A stretch of 64,000 nucleotides of DNA from an uncultured virus (IMG/VR IMGVR_UViG_3300009104_000003) (IMGVR_UViG_3300009104_000003), one strand, 5' to 3'. Counted from the stretch's first letter, positions 48,575 to 58,728 are shown. Notes: a model not told the origin generated them from the letters alone. Made by a program: numbers and translations.

Positions 48575-50620
48575 TTATTCCTGTGCGATATTTGTTTTCA
48601 CGTTATATTTATTTATAACGCTTTCGTAAGTAGATCCTATGATATTTTCACTAAAAAAACTAATAGGATAATTATCTCTGAACTTTTTATTTGCATAATA
48701 AGTATTTTTACTATTAAAATAATCATTTTCAGATAAAGTTTTAAATCCGTCGCCCCAAGTTTGATAAGCTTGCTTGTTTGCTACGTGATTTAACATAATA
48801 ATAGCTATCTCTTTTACATCTTTTCCTCTATTTTCAGATTCAGAAGGTGAGATAATTCTTATTTTTGGGTCTTTAATATAACCAAAACCGTCTTCGGTAA
48901 TGGTATATCCTGAGATTTCTCCTGCTTGAGCATGACCTTCAGCATATAATTGTATCGTTGCTGTAGCTGTCACATTAGTTTCTAGCGGTTCACCATCAGC
49001 ATCTGTTGCAGTTGGTGCATCAAAAACTAATACTGGTGCAGCTGCATATGTTTTATCAGCTAAATTACTAGTAAGAATTGTTTTAATCTTGCCAACATCT
49101 GGATTAGCTGATGCACTAGTATATGCAGTTGTATATCCAGACCCAGCATTTGTTATTGTAACTGTTTCAACTACACCTGTAGTTGCATCAATCGTACAAG
49201 TAGCTGTTGCATTTGAACCATTATCTCCTGTAATAGTTAAAGTAGGGGCTGAAGCGTATCCCCAACCACCATTAATAATTTCAATAGAGGTTATTTGACC
49301 CCCAGAAAAATTAGTGGAAAGAGTTGCGCTTCTATCAACCTTAGCTATAATATTAGGTAAGAATGTTGAAGCAAAAGCTTCTACGAGTAGTGCAACATCT
49401 TCTGCGCCAATAACCCCAGGCTGTAATCCTGGCATTGAACTAAGTGTTTTCCTACCACTCCTAGGATAAACATTTAAATATTTATATTGATATCCTGGAT
49501 TTGCAGGGTCTTGAACTAATCCATCTCCAGCAGTTGTTGCTGAAACTCTTTGATAATCTCCTAGTATAAGTCGAGTTAATTCTGTTAGAATTAAAACTTC
49601 ACCAAAGAAAATAAATCCTGCAGGATGAACTAATCGATCAAAAGCATATCTCCAATCAGCTAAATTTTTACCTGTTTTTATATTATAAGAAAACTTTTGC
49701 CAATAATAAGAATCTTGAAGTTTAATAGTATTTGATAACATTCCTTTTTTATCTAGGTATTGTCCACCAGCTGGATGATTCTCATCTATATCCCAATCTC
49801 CTGAAGAAGGGATTAATGTTTCATTCCATGGATATTCTACTTCAACATTTTCATCAAATAATAATCTAAAAAATACTTCAATACTATCCTGTGCACCTTT
49901 TAATTTATAGAACTCTGTGATATTTTTATATAGAGATCTTTTTTCTACTGAGGTTAAGTTACGAGGAATAGCTCCTGCTATTTCTTTTTGCATTTGATCT
50001 AGATAAACTTCTGAATTTTCGTCTATGTTCATAGCTTCTTCAATAGCATTTAAAACATAAGAAGGTCCTGGTCCAACCCAATGACAGGCAGTAGTAGTTA
50101 ATGTAGCATATTTTCCTACATAAGAGCCATCTATATCATCGACCGTAAAAGTTTTGCCTTTTGGGGTTAAACTATTTACTAAAGTTCCTGGAAGTTCATT
50201 ACCATTTGAAATAACTGGTACAGAATTACCAGTCAAAGGAATAGTTACATCAGTACCGGCATTATCTACGACTAACGTTGAAGATGCACCAGTTGAATCA
50301 GCAAAGAATTCATTATTTTCATTATTAGGATCTGGTATTCTAAAAGCAGCTTTTGATTTTCCACTATATGTAGTAGAAGCTGAAAGAAGATCCGTATATG
50401 TTTCAGTGGAGGTATATATAAATTCCTCCATATTCATAAACTTATAATAATATTCTAATAATGTTTTTATATTAGGAGAACCATCACTATTGGTTGCATC
50501 CTGTAATATATGAGAAGGGATTATCGAATCAATTCTAATATCTTCTTTAGTTTTTCTTTTTAAAGAAGCAACAGATTCCACATAATTGGGATTCTCGTGA
50601 TCTGATCCGTATTTTGCCAT
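48575..50620 (-). CDS. gp7: Baseplate wedge initiator
   Basis: FYKLKG..DSIEVFFRLLFDE, LQDSYYWQKFSY.IK, VHPAGF.FFG. Confidence 0.82.
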   Translation of the reverse strand: MAKYGSDHENPNYVESVASLKRKTKEDIRIDSIIPSHILQDATNSDGSPNIKTLLEYYYKFMNMEEFIYTSTETYTDLLSASTTYSGKSKAAFRIPDPNNENNEFFADSTGASSTLVVDNAGTDVTIPLTGNSVPVISNGNELPGTLVNSLTPKGKTFTVDDIDGSYVGKYATLTTTACHWVGPGPSYVLNAIEEAMNIDENSEVYLDQMQKEIAGAIPRNLTSVEKRSLYKNITEFYKLKGAQDSIEVFFRLLFDENVEVEYPWNETLIPSSGDWDIDENHPAGGQYLDKKGMLSNTIKLQDSYYWQKFSYNIKTGKNLADWRYAFDRLVHPAGFIFFGEVLILTELTRLILGDYQRVSATTAGDGLVQDPANPGYQYKYLNVYPRSGRKTLSSMPGLQPGVIGAEDVALLVEAFASTFLPNIIAKVDRSATLSTNFSGGQITSIEIINGGWGYASAPTLTITGDNGSNATATCTIDATTGVVETVTITNAGSGYTTAYTSASANPDVGKIKTILTSNLADKTYAAAPVLVFDAPTATDADGEPLETNVTATATIQLYAEGHAQAGEISGYTITEDGFGYIKDPKIRIISPSESENRGKDVKEIAIIMLNHVANKQAYQTWGDGFKTLSENDYFNSKNTYYANKKFRDNYPISFFSENIIGSTYESVINKYNVKTNIAQE

Positions 50621-52473
50621 TAGGTTCTAAACCTTGAAGTAGTTGTATAATCTATAGAACCTGAAGAACCAGCTGTAGAGATAGTATCTATTTCTGCTGT
50701 GACTGACATTCTTGCCCCATCAACTGCTAAAATTTCTTCTCTCTTTGGAGCAACATCTAATGAATCAGGTGTTACGGTTAATCGAATTTCAGTAGTATCA
50801 TCTGGGGTAAAATTATTTAATACTACTACGCCAGTTGAAGGAGTAATTGTTCCACAATTATCTATTGTAGTTACTTTAATACTATCAACTATTTTATAAG
50901 AATATATTTGTCTATCTGTAGAACCTGAAATTGCTTTATCTGCAAAATAATTATCAATACCACCATATTTCCAGGCAGTAGAACTTATACAAGATTCATC
51001 AACACCATTTGGAGTAAAGATTGATCCAGGGAAAGTAAGTGTAAAATTATTTAATACGCCAACTGTTGCAATTGGTGTTATATTTTTAAATATAAAAGGT
51101 CTACAGGTAGAAGACAATATTGATGGATCAGAGCTATCAATTTGTTTTAATATTCCAGAATGCCTAAATACTCCATCAAATTTATTTAAGTTATTAAGGC
51201 TATAATCATCAACTGTATCTTTTACAACAGAAACTAGATCTGCAGAAGTTCTATCTGTTAGATTAGGATTATATTTAAAATATATATCTAATTCTAAATA
51301 ACTATAATCTGGATCTATGATTTCTGGCGTAACAGATACAACATTTTTTCCTTTAAGGATAGAATTAATAATAGATATTTTTTCATCTGGATCTAATGTT
51401 GTTGCAGTTGTTGGTTTAATACAGATAAAAGCTTTTCCATAATCAGGTATAGCTTGATCTTCTCCGCCCCAAGTATTAATAGAAGAAATATTTGTAAAGT
51501 TTCTTTCGATAATAGATTTATAATCATCTGCCGTAACTGCTCTATTTTGAGCAGTAAATGCTATTGGAGCATTATATCTAATTGATTCTATAGTTTCTTG
51601 ATCAGCTCCACCTGCTGCATTACTGACAGTTGTTACTGCAGTATTAGAAAATCCACCAATTGAATCTACCATAGTAAATGTAGTAGCTCCATTAGAATCT
51701 TTACCATTTGAGTGTACATAATCTAGAGTAACAATATTATTATTAGCAGGTTTAGTACCAATAACCCCATCGCCCATATATAACTCATAAAATCCATTTG
51801 AATTTTCTTGAAGATGATAAATCTTAGAAGTTGATACTACATTTAATAGAGTAGTAAATTTAATAAACAGATCATAGTTTGAAGATTCTTCATTCGCCTG
51901 TACGCGCACGCGGAGCGTGGTCGTGTCCACGTTCTTATGAGGAATTTGATGCTTTTGAATTGCTATATCATTATCAACTCTATACTTAATTGAATTATAA
52001 GTTCCTTCAGCAATTTCTACATTATTATATGTATATTTGTTACTAATTAATGATGCAGTTTGGGCTTCTAAAGCAACATATCTATAAGTTAATCCTCCTA
52101 CTGAAGTAGAAAATTTAGCTCCTCTAGGTATTGTAAGAGAAGTAGGTTTTTCTGCTGTTTCACCCGTAACATCTAAAACAATATTAATTTTAGCTCGAGC
52201 TGCTAACTCGGATGTAGGAACGTATCCTAACATCCGAGCTCTCGAGACAGCGTTTCCTCTTATTTGAGCAGAATCAAGGAAAGCTTCATTTAATGATAAA
52301 TGTGCGGCCATGGCATTATAATGTGTATTATATGCTAGAACATCTAGTAATACATTTAATCCTGACCCATCAAAATCATAATCATTAAATACGGTTTGTT
52401 GTTTTAGATAATTTTTTAGATTTTGTTTTATATCATCAAAATCTAATTCGGTTACATTTAAATTTGTTGCCAT
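50620..52473 (-). CDS. gp6: Baseplate wedge subunit
   Basis: LDFDDIK, DYDFDGSGL.VLLDVLAYNTHY, E.FLDSA..R, QNRAVTADDY, WGGED. Confidence 0.95.
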   Translation of the reverse strand: MATNLNVTELDFDDIKQNLKNYLKQQTVFNDYDFDGSGLNVLLDVLAYNTHYNAMAAHLSLNEAFLDSAQIRGNAVSRARMLGYVPTSELAARAKINIVLDVTGETAEKPTSLTIPRGAKFSTSVGGLTYRYVALEAQTASLISNKYTYNNVEIAEGTYNSIKYRVDNDIAIQKHQIPHKNVDTTTLRVRVQANEESSNYDLFIKFTTLLNVVSTSKIYHLQENSNGFYELYMGDGVIGTKPANNNIVTLDYVHSNGKDSNGATTFTMVDSIGGFSNTAVTTVSNAAGGADQETIESIRYNAPIAFTAQNRAVTADDYKSIIERNFTNISSINTWGGEDQAIPDYGKAFICIKPTTATTLDPDEKISIINSILKGKNVVSVTPEIIDPDYSYLELDIYFKYNPNLTDRTSADLVSVVKDTVDDYSLNNLNKFDGVFRHSGILKQIDSSDPSILSSTCRPFIFKNITPIATVGVLNNFTLTFPGSIFTPNGVDESCISSTAWKYGGIDNYFADKAISGSTDRQIYSYKIVDSIKVTTIDNCGTITPSTGVVVLNNFTPDDTTEIRLTVTPDSLDVAPKREEILAVDGARMSVTAEIDTISTAGSSGSIDYTTTSRFRT

Positions 52474-52477
52474 ATCT

Positions 52478-52915
52478 CTACCTTGTTCTTCTTAGTAAAA
52501 CCTCTACATTGGTTACTATATTTATATTTTTTATTAAAAACTTAATGTTTATTATCCACGCGTTAGCATCAACATCATCTAATATACTTATTCCTTCGAG
52601 CTTTATTCTTGATTCATGATAACTTAATACATCAGTAATAGCTTCTTTTATTTCGTATGCTGTAATTGGATCAGCTGGTTCAAATAAAAATCCAGATAAA
52701 TTACCTCCCTTTGCATGTTGAAAAGGTCTTTCGTAAAAATTAGTTAATACTAGATTCTTAACAGCATTTTTAATAGCATTATCATCCTTTAAAGGTATTA
52801 TATCTTTTTGTATAGGATGTTTTTTCAGAGATAAATCCAAATCAGCCCAGCCCTTTTTCCTAGATACTGTGCTTATTGGAGCATATACTGATGATTTGTC
52901 TGTTGCGATTGCCAT
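52478..52915 (-). CDS. gp25: Baseplate wedge subunit
   Basis: DLDL....HP...D, AIKNAVKNLVLTNFYERPF, LFEP, terminal LRRTR. Confidence 0.92.
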   Translation of the reverse strand: MAIATDKSSVYAPISTVSRKKGWADLDLSLKKHPIQKDIIPLKDDNAIKNAVKNLVLTNFYERPFQHAKGGNLSGFLFEPADPITAYEIKEAITDVLSYHESRIKLEGISILDDVDANAWIINIKFLIKNINIVTNVEVLLRRTR

Positions 52916-52920
52916 ATATC

Positions 52921-52928
52921 TATTTATA
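52921..52928 (-). promoter_or_regulatory. T4-type late promoter TATAAATA
   Basis: Exact consensus 5 nt upstream of gp25 ATG. Confidence 0.8.
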
Positions 52929-52932
52929 CTCG

Positions 52933-54321
52933 TTAGCCACTAGAATCAGGAATTACTAAGTACTCTGTTCCAGCTGCAGCTGCTTCATCCAAAACTATAT
53001 TTCCACTTACAATTGTATAATCTGTAAATGCTGTTTCTGCATCCAGAGTTGCTGTGTTAACAACCGTTACACCTTCTGTAAAACTTCCTTCAATGATTGT
53101 TTGTCCTTCTGACATAGTCTGTTCTGTAAAATTACTTGCCGGATTATTTGAAGCACTCAAAGTAGGTAATCCTGAATCAAAAGTATTTGCTACTTCTTTA
53201 ATACTTGAGAAGCTACTCAAATCTAATGCTGTAGGTATACCCATTAGTACCATAAAATCACAAAAATCTAATAATACTAAATCTATTACTGGTCCTAATC
53301 CTATTGCCTTAAGGAATGGTCCAACTTTTTGTAACCAGGTTTTTATCGTAAAGTCCTCAAAGTTAACTTCAAATTCTTTTAACTTCGATTGTATTCTGGC
53401 AATTTGAACTTCCATTGATTCAACATTATCATCAAACTCTCCACCGAGTAAAGCCATAACATCAAATCCTGCTATTTTAATATTCTTTAATGCTGCCATT
53501 TTTTCTACATCATCTTTAGCATCTGCTATAGCTGCATCAATTAGTGCTTTTGCATCTAAATTTAGTGGGAAATCTATACCAGGTAATCCTAAAGCATCCC
53601 ATATTATTTTAAATTTATCAATTAGAGCAGTAGCTCCACCTGTCATTAAAGCATTCTGTAATTTCTTAGCTTCATTCTTTATAAAATCCCCTATCTGCTT
53701 TCCTTTAAAATCCGCAGTTTCGAACCCATGTTCACCAGCAAACATTTTATATTCAGAAGGAAGTAATTGATATATTGCGTCTAATTTATCTGCTCGGAGT
53801 TTATCTATTGCTTCTTGTCTTGCTTCTGGGGATAAATCTGAAGCTAATCCATCTATTTGTGCCTGGACATCAGCACCAAATCCTTGAACATCTGCCATTA
53901 ATTGATCTAGATAAGCTCTATCAGAAACTAATTTAATTAAATCTATTTGTAATCCTAGTAAAGGTAATGTGAAATTTATAGGGATTATATTACTAACTAA
54001 TTGTAAGATTGTATTTTGAATATACATAGGATATTCTTCCATCAATCTTTGTATCATTATCTCCCATTCTTTCTCTGGCATTTCTAATCTTTTCCATTTA
54101 GGATCATATGCAACTAGAAATTCTCTAAAGGTATCTAATATATCTTTTAATTTTTCTCCTTCATCTCTCCATTCTGCAACTGCAGATAAAGCGAATTTTT
54201 CTGCATTGGTTGCTATAGTGCCAAACATATTGGTCATATTAGCAGGAGTAGGTAATAGTTCTCCTACACATTCAAAAGGAGGTACCGAGATTTCTGGGAG
54301 TGTTTCTGCTGCTTCAGCCAT
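52933..54321 (-). CDS. Hypothetical protein (462 aa) in baseplate cluster
   Basis: Long ORF coupled to gp5 stop; mostly helical/amphipathic, short C-terminal beta module. Confidence 0.7.
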   Translation of the reverse strand: MAEAAETLPEISVPPFECVGELLPTPANMTNMFGTIATNAEKFALSAVAEWRDEGEKLKDILDTFREFLVAYDPKWKRLEMPEKEWEIMIQRLMEEYPMYIQNTILQLVSNIIPINFTLPLLGLQIDLIKLVSDRAYLDQLMADVQGFGADVQAQIDGLASDLSPEARQEAIDKLRADKLDAIYQLLPSEYKMFAGEHGFETADFKGKQIGDFIKNEAKKLQNALMTGGATALIDKFKIIWDALGLPGIDFPLNLDAKALIDAAIADAKDDVEKMAALKNIKIAGFDVMALLGGEFDDNVESMEVQIARIQSKLKEFEVNFEDFTIKTWLQKVGPFLKAIGLGPVIDLVLLDFCDFMVLMGIPTALDLSSFSSIKEVANTFDSGLPTLSASNNPASNFTEQTMSEGQTIIEGSFTEGVTVVNTATLDAETAFTDYTIVSGNIVLDEAAAAGTEYLVIPDSSG

Positions 54322-54974
54322 TATGATATCTTGGTTTTCTTTCCGATACCAGAACTAATTATAATATCTTCTGATAAAGATGTTACGTAAACTTTTCCAG
54401 CAACTGAAGTCAAATATACATTACCATCTTCTGATTCTATATCTGTTTTTCCAGTCGTCTTAATACTGGTATCACCGCCAGTAGTTATACTGGTATTTCC
54501 AGAATTGGTAATAGTGATGTTATTATCTTTATCAATATTAATCTTTGTACCCTTTGCGTGGGTTACTTGAATTGTTTCATTATCTTTTTCATTTTGTAAT
54601 TCTATTAGATGACCAGCTTTTGATCTATAAATTTTATTTGTTGTTGAAGCTGAAGAATGAAGATCTTCAGTACCATTATCTGAAGTAGTTATACTTCCCA
54701 TAACAACAGGGTCTTGCGCGCTAGCACCATCTCTAAAGAATCCAATTACCCACGAACCTTCTTCGAGGTGATGATTAGCTCCTACGTTTTGTATACCAGC
54801 TGAAGTTGTCGGCATCATAACTGTTGCCCAGGGTAGATCCTCTTTTTTTATATCCTCTGGGTGATAACCGTGGCATTTTACTTTAACCCTATTCCATTTT
54901 TTAGTATCATTTATATCTAATACTTCACCACTAAACCAGTAAAATTTTTGTCCTATGAAATCATCTTCTCTCAT
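54321..54974 (-). CDS. gp5: Baseplate hub/central spike (gp5-like OB-fold, no lysozyme)
   Basis: F.WF.G.V.D..D....RVKV...G.H, LPWATVMMP, GSWV.GFF.DG..AQ.P.VMG, GH.IE, beta-helix-like C-terminus. Confidence 0.85.
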   Translation of the reverse strand: MREDDFIGQKFYWFSGEVLDINDTKKWNRVKVKCHGYHPEDIKKEDLPWATVMMPTTSAGIQNVGANHHLEEGSWVIGFFRDGASAQDPVVMGSITTSDNGTEDLHSSASTTNKIYRSKAGHLIELQNEKDNETIQVTHAKGTKINIDKDNNITITNSGNTSITTGGDTSIKTTGKTDIESEDGNVYLTSVAGKVYVTSLSEDIIISSGIGKKTKIS

Positions 54975-56518
54975 TATACTTTAATCTCCTCATCAAGATC
55001 TACTGTTGATGAATCTTTTATAATTTCACAATCCATTGTATATCCAGTAGATTTAAAATAATGATTAATTTTTTTTATTATAAATCTTCCGCCCATTAAT
55101 GTATCACCATCTGTTGCTTTAGTTGTAATTTCTTCATCAGTAAGATTTTGATCTTGTATTTTGTGTACATGTAATTGAACTATCATTCCTGCTCCTAATA
55201 CTGGATCTCCAGGTATTTCCATGGTATGAGTTAATACATCCATATTAGCTCGATAAGATTCTTTTTGCTGTATTTCTTTTACTTTTAATGCTGAATGATA
55301 ATTTTTCCAATCCTTAAAAGCATTTAGATTTAGACTTACAAAAAAGTTTCTAGCATCTTTATTAGAATCTGTATTAAGAGAATCACCATTAAATTTAATT
55401 TTATCTGAGAAAGGTTTATAGCTATTTAATTTCTTCATTTCATCATTATTATCATATTTAAAAACACTACCCCAATTTTTCCCAGTCATATAGCGTTTTG
55501 TAGAAAAATCAACTGAAGTTAGATTAGAAGCATATGCTCCTTTTCTAGCATCATTATATTTAGAAACCCCTAATGAACTTTGGAGTGATATTATTTTTCT
55601 TCTTTGATAATCATAATAATCTGGATTATCGATAGTCATTTCTCTACCTTTATATATTGAATCGAATGGAAGATTGGTAAATGGCATTACAGGACCATAA
55701 GGAAAATTATCTGCAACATCTAGAATCATATCTTCCCATGATTTTAATTGATAACCATATGTCATACTCTCATAAAAAAATATAGGAGTACCAAGATCAC
55801 TAGCATTTCTTAATAACCAATTAATTGCTGCCATAGGTCTAAGTTTAGGATATATTCCTTTTATTGGTTCACCATAACCACTATCATCAGGAGGTGAACT
55901 ATAAACTGTATCATCAATAGCTTTAATTAAATCAATTGAGTTTGGTTTAAATTTTCGGCCTTTTTCTCCTAGTTCTATTTCTAAATCACCTTCAGCTATA
56001 TTTTTTATCAAATCTGCTGGTGTACCTTCAAAGCTTTCATTTAAAACTTTTAATTGATTTAGAAAAGCAGGTTTTGTAACACATTCTAGTGTATAAGTTT
56101 GTGTGTCAATCTTAGGTTTTTCAAAGTTTTTTATATCTGAAATATAAAGTTCTAGATCAATGTCTTTTGTTAAATCTTGCAAAAAACTACTTGAAAAAAC
56201 AGTCTGTTTAATTTTTTGTTCAATTCGTAAATGTATTTTTTCTCCCCCTTGTATACGAAGTTCATCTAAAATTCCAACAGCATCTATAATACCAAAACTA
56301 ACATGGAGAGCACTTTGGAATATTGATTCTGTAATTAGAATCATATTTACCTGGGGTCTAAGATCTATAGATGTTTTATCTCCTTCTTTTTCCTTGAATG
56401 TTACAGTATGGGGATATAATTCTACCTTTTTTATATCATAAGCAATAGGATCAACATGAAATCCTTGATGATCTGCTTTGGAGGTTGGGGATAAAGGTTC
56501 TGTTATATTTTCAGTCAT
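54974..56518 (-). CDS. Probable baseplate hub protein (gp27-like position), 514 aa
   Basis: ITESIF, I.GGE.I, P...P..AI.WL, FFYE, IPGD....AG, GRF.I..I.H motifs; between gp53 and gp5. Confidence 0.6.
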   Translation of the reverse strand: MTENITEPLSPTSKADHQGFHVDPIAYDIKKVELYPHTVTFKEKEGDKTSIDLRPQVNMILITESIFQSALHVSFGIIDAVGILDELRIQGGEKIHLRIEQKIKQTVFSSSFLQDLTKDIDLELYISDIKNFEKPKIDTQTYTLECVTKPAFLNQLKVLNESFEGTPADLIKNIAEGDLEIELGEKGRKFKPNSIDLIKAIDDTVYSSPPDDSGYGEPIKGIYPKLRPMAAINWLLRNASDLGTPIFFYESMTYGYQLKSWEDMILDVADNFPYGPVMPFTNLPFDSIYKGREMTIDNPDYYDYQRRKIISLQSSLGVSKYNDARKGAYASNLTSVDFSTKRYMTGKNWGSVFKYDNNDEMKKLNSYKPFSDKIKFNGDSLNTDSNKDARNFFVSLNLNAFKDWKNYHSALKVKEIQQKESYRANMDVLTHTMEIPGDPVLGAGMIVQLHVHKIQDQNLTDEEITTKATDGDTLMGGRFIIKKINHYFKSTGYTMDCEIIKDSSTVDLDEEIKV

Positions 56519-57641
56519 TGATCAAAGACTCGAATTTAGATACAAACTCTGAAATAAATGTAGGATCTATAATTCTTATCTTAGAACGTTCTTCATTTTT
56601 CTCAAATATGTATTCTCTATTAGAAGTATAAAGAGGTGCTGCAACAGACCCTTCTTGTTGAAGTAAACGCTCTGCTGCGGTTGCATCATCTGTGACTGAA
56701 AAGAAATTAGCATTTGAAACGTGAGCTTCAATACCATATTTTGGGGTTCCATCCGGATAGGTAGAAGGTATTATTACCTTTATCTCTGCACCATTTACTG
56801 GTGCTGAAGAAAAGGTTAATGTTATACCATTTAAAGTCCAATTATAATTTGATTGATTATTTACTTGAACTTGGACTTTTTCTGAGGCATAAGGTAAACT
56901 AGTTAAAGTAAATACGCGTGTTGTACCATCACCTTCAAATTCATCTTGAAAAAATGATTCATTTTCAATAGCATCACCTGATATATACCAGTGATGAGGT
57001 GCATCAGCATATGGCCATGCTTTCCAAATTTGAACTGAGCATGGTATAATAGCTTTAGTAACAGGATCTATCCAACTACCCGTAACATCTTCTAAGGTAT
57101 TTCCATCTCCAGCTCCTAGGAAAGTTCCAGTGACATCTTGTACGACTAGTTGATTTAAGTAAAGATCTTTTCTTTTAAGAATACCAGTAGCACCACTGGT
57201 AGCTCCAGTAACAGTTCTTCCAACAGTCCAAGCACCTTGTTTTTGTGCTTTGTCTTCTCCTGCAAGAGAATTCCTGAATTCAGTAATACCACCATCTGTA
57301 TCTCGTACAATATTTGGTCTTGTTTCTAAGGCAACTCCTTCATATTCAAGATCAATATATTGATTCAAATCTTGCATACCCATTGGCCAAGAACCTATTC
57401 CATTTTGAAGAAAATCATTAATTATAAAAAAGGTCCAATAATAACTTGTATTTCCATATAATTTTTGAGATACTATATCTGGTCTTTCGCCATCTCTAAT
57501 TGAATAAAATTTATAAGCAGTAAAATTGTCTACATAATTTTGTATTGGTCTAACCTGCCTAAATATATCAACCACTGAATTAACAACGCCTTCACGATTA
57601 AAATCATAAACTAATTTAGGGAATCTTTTAAAATAACTCAT
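56511..57641 (-). CDS. gp53: Baseplate wedge subunit with insertions
   Basis: MSYFKRFP...Y, Y.I.DGERPD.VS..LYG...YYWTFF..N, WP, NEERSKIRII. Confidence 0.9.
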   Translation of the reverse strand: MSYFKRFPKLVYDFNREGVVNSVVDIFRQVRPIQNYVDNFTAYKFYSIRDGERPDIVSQKLYGNTSYYWTFFIINDFLQNGIGSWPMGMQDLNQYIDLEYEGVALETRPNIVRDTDGGITEFRNSLAGEDKAQKQGAWTVGRTVTGATSGATGILKRKDLYLNQLVVQDVTGTFLGAGDGNTLEDVTGSWIDPVTKAIIPCSVQIWKAWPYADAPHHWYISGDAIENESFFQDEFEGDGTTRVFTLTSLPYASEKVQVQVNNQSNYNWTLNGITLTFSSAPVNGAEIKVIIPSTYPDGTPKYGIEAHVSNANFFSVTDDATAAERLLQQEGSVAAPLYTSNREYIFEKNEERSKIRIIDPTFISEFVSKFESLIND

Positions 57642-57763
57642 TTGTTTTTCTCTCTAAACTCTTTTTTTATCCTAAGTTCTCTTTTTATATCTTCATCAAT
57701 AAGTGTTTGAAGCTCTTTTATTTCTTCTGGGGTTAACTCATTGAATTTCCAGTAACCACCCAT
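57638..57763 (-). CDS. Small hypothetical protein (41 aa)
   Basis: Not in ORF track. MGGYWKFNELTPEEIKELQTLIDEDIKRELRIKKEFREKNK fills the gap exactly; TAATG overlap with gp48 stop and ATGA overlap with gp53 start. Confidence 0.7.
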   Translation of the reverse strand: MGGYWKFNELTPEEIKELQTLIDEDIKRELRIKKEFREKNK

Positions 57764-58680
57764 TATTCTGCTGAAACTTCACCTGTAAATGCTTCAGGCG
57801 CAGTTGATTCTAATCCACCTCTTTCATAATGATATGTAGTTGATTTAAAATTTAATGGATCCTTATATAATCCTTCTCTTGTATTTTGTTGTGCTTCATC
57901 AAAAGCTAAAGCTAGATCTAATTCAATCGGTTGACCTTTTTTATGATAGGCATTTGTGGAACTATTATAGGTAGTACTTACACTTCTTAAATAACAAAGA
58001 TCAATATAAGGCAAATAAGGATTCTCATCTACTTTTCCATCTCTATGGCTCATAAATTGTATTGACCAGTATGGTGGATATTTAAGTACTATGCCCAGTT
58101 CTTTTTCATTACTTGGATATAAAAATTTTCTAAATGTATTTTCTATTTTTCTTATCTCTTCAGATTCTTTTTCAGATTCACCAACCAGTTTAAATGTAAA
58201 AGTAAAAGATCTCATACCAACACCATCAAATGCAAGATTAGTATGAGCATTTTTTGCACGGCCGGCTGTTATCATTCCTTTTTGTAATACTCCCCAGCCT
58301 AATTGATCTTTAGCTGCTACTGCTAATCCTCCAGCAACTTCTGATTTATTTGCAAGTATAGTATCTTTCAGAGAAGAAGTTGCTCCTGCGTCACCTTTTA
58401 TTGCAGGAGCTACACTTGTCATATTTTGTTGTAAAGCTCCTGTAAATCCAAAGTCTTGAGTATTGTAAGTAGCTGAATCAGCACTTGCAACGCCAGCTGG
58501 AGTATAAAGATATATGGTTTGTTTATCTTCTTCTAAATTATCCCTAGATTTTATAGAGAATCTCATTAATTCCGTCACTTCTTCATTTAATATATTTAAT
58601 GGGTATTTTAAAATACCTTCAGTATCACCTCCTACAGGACCAGCTGGTTCTTTAGTTTGGTTACTCTCTTTTTCTGCCAT
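57763..58680 (-). CDS. gp48: Baseplate tail-tube cap
   Basis: LKYP, IYLY.P, F.G...RSFTFTFKL..ESEKESEEIRKI...F, L.YP..W.I.F, C.L..V...Y. Confidence 0.85.
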   Translation of the reverse strand: MAEKESNQTKEPAGPVGGDTEGILKYPLNILNEEVTELMRFSIKSRDNLEEDKQTIYLYTPAGVASADSATYNTQDFGFTGALQQNMTSVAPAIKGDAGATSSLKDTILANKSEVAGGLAVAAKDQLGWGVLQKGMITAGRAKNAHTNLAFDGVGMRSFTFTFKLVGESEKESEEIRKIENTFRKFLYPSNEKELGIVLKYPPYWSIQFMSHRDGKVDENPYLPYIDLCYLRSVSTTYNSSTNAYHKKGQPIELDLALAFDEAQQNTREGLYKDPLNFKSTTYHYERGGLESTAPEAFTGEVSAE

Positions 58681-58692
58681 AGTTTTTTCCTA

Positions 58693-58700
58693 TATAAATA
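58693..58700 (+). promoter_or_regulatory. T4-type late promoter TATAAATA (for gp4)
   Basis: Exact consensus on plus strand in divergent gap. Confidence 0.8.
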
Positions 58701-58728
58701 GAGTTAACATTAATTTAATATATAGAAT

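Noticed and set aside
36801..52526. Intragenic TATAAATA matches (36801, 41615, 48610, 52519)
   Set aside because: Plausible internal late promoters near gene ends, but in AT-rich coding DNA chance matches cannot be excluded, so they are not listed as features
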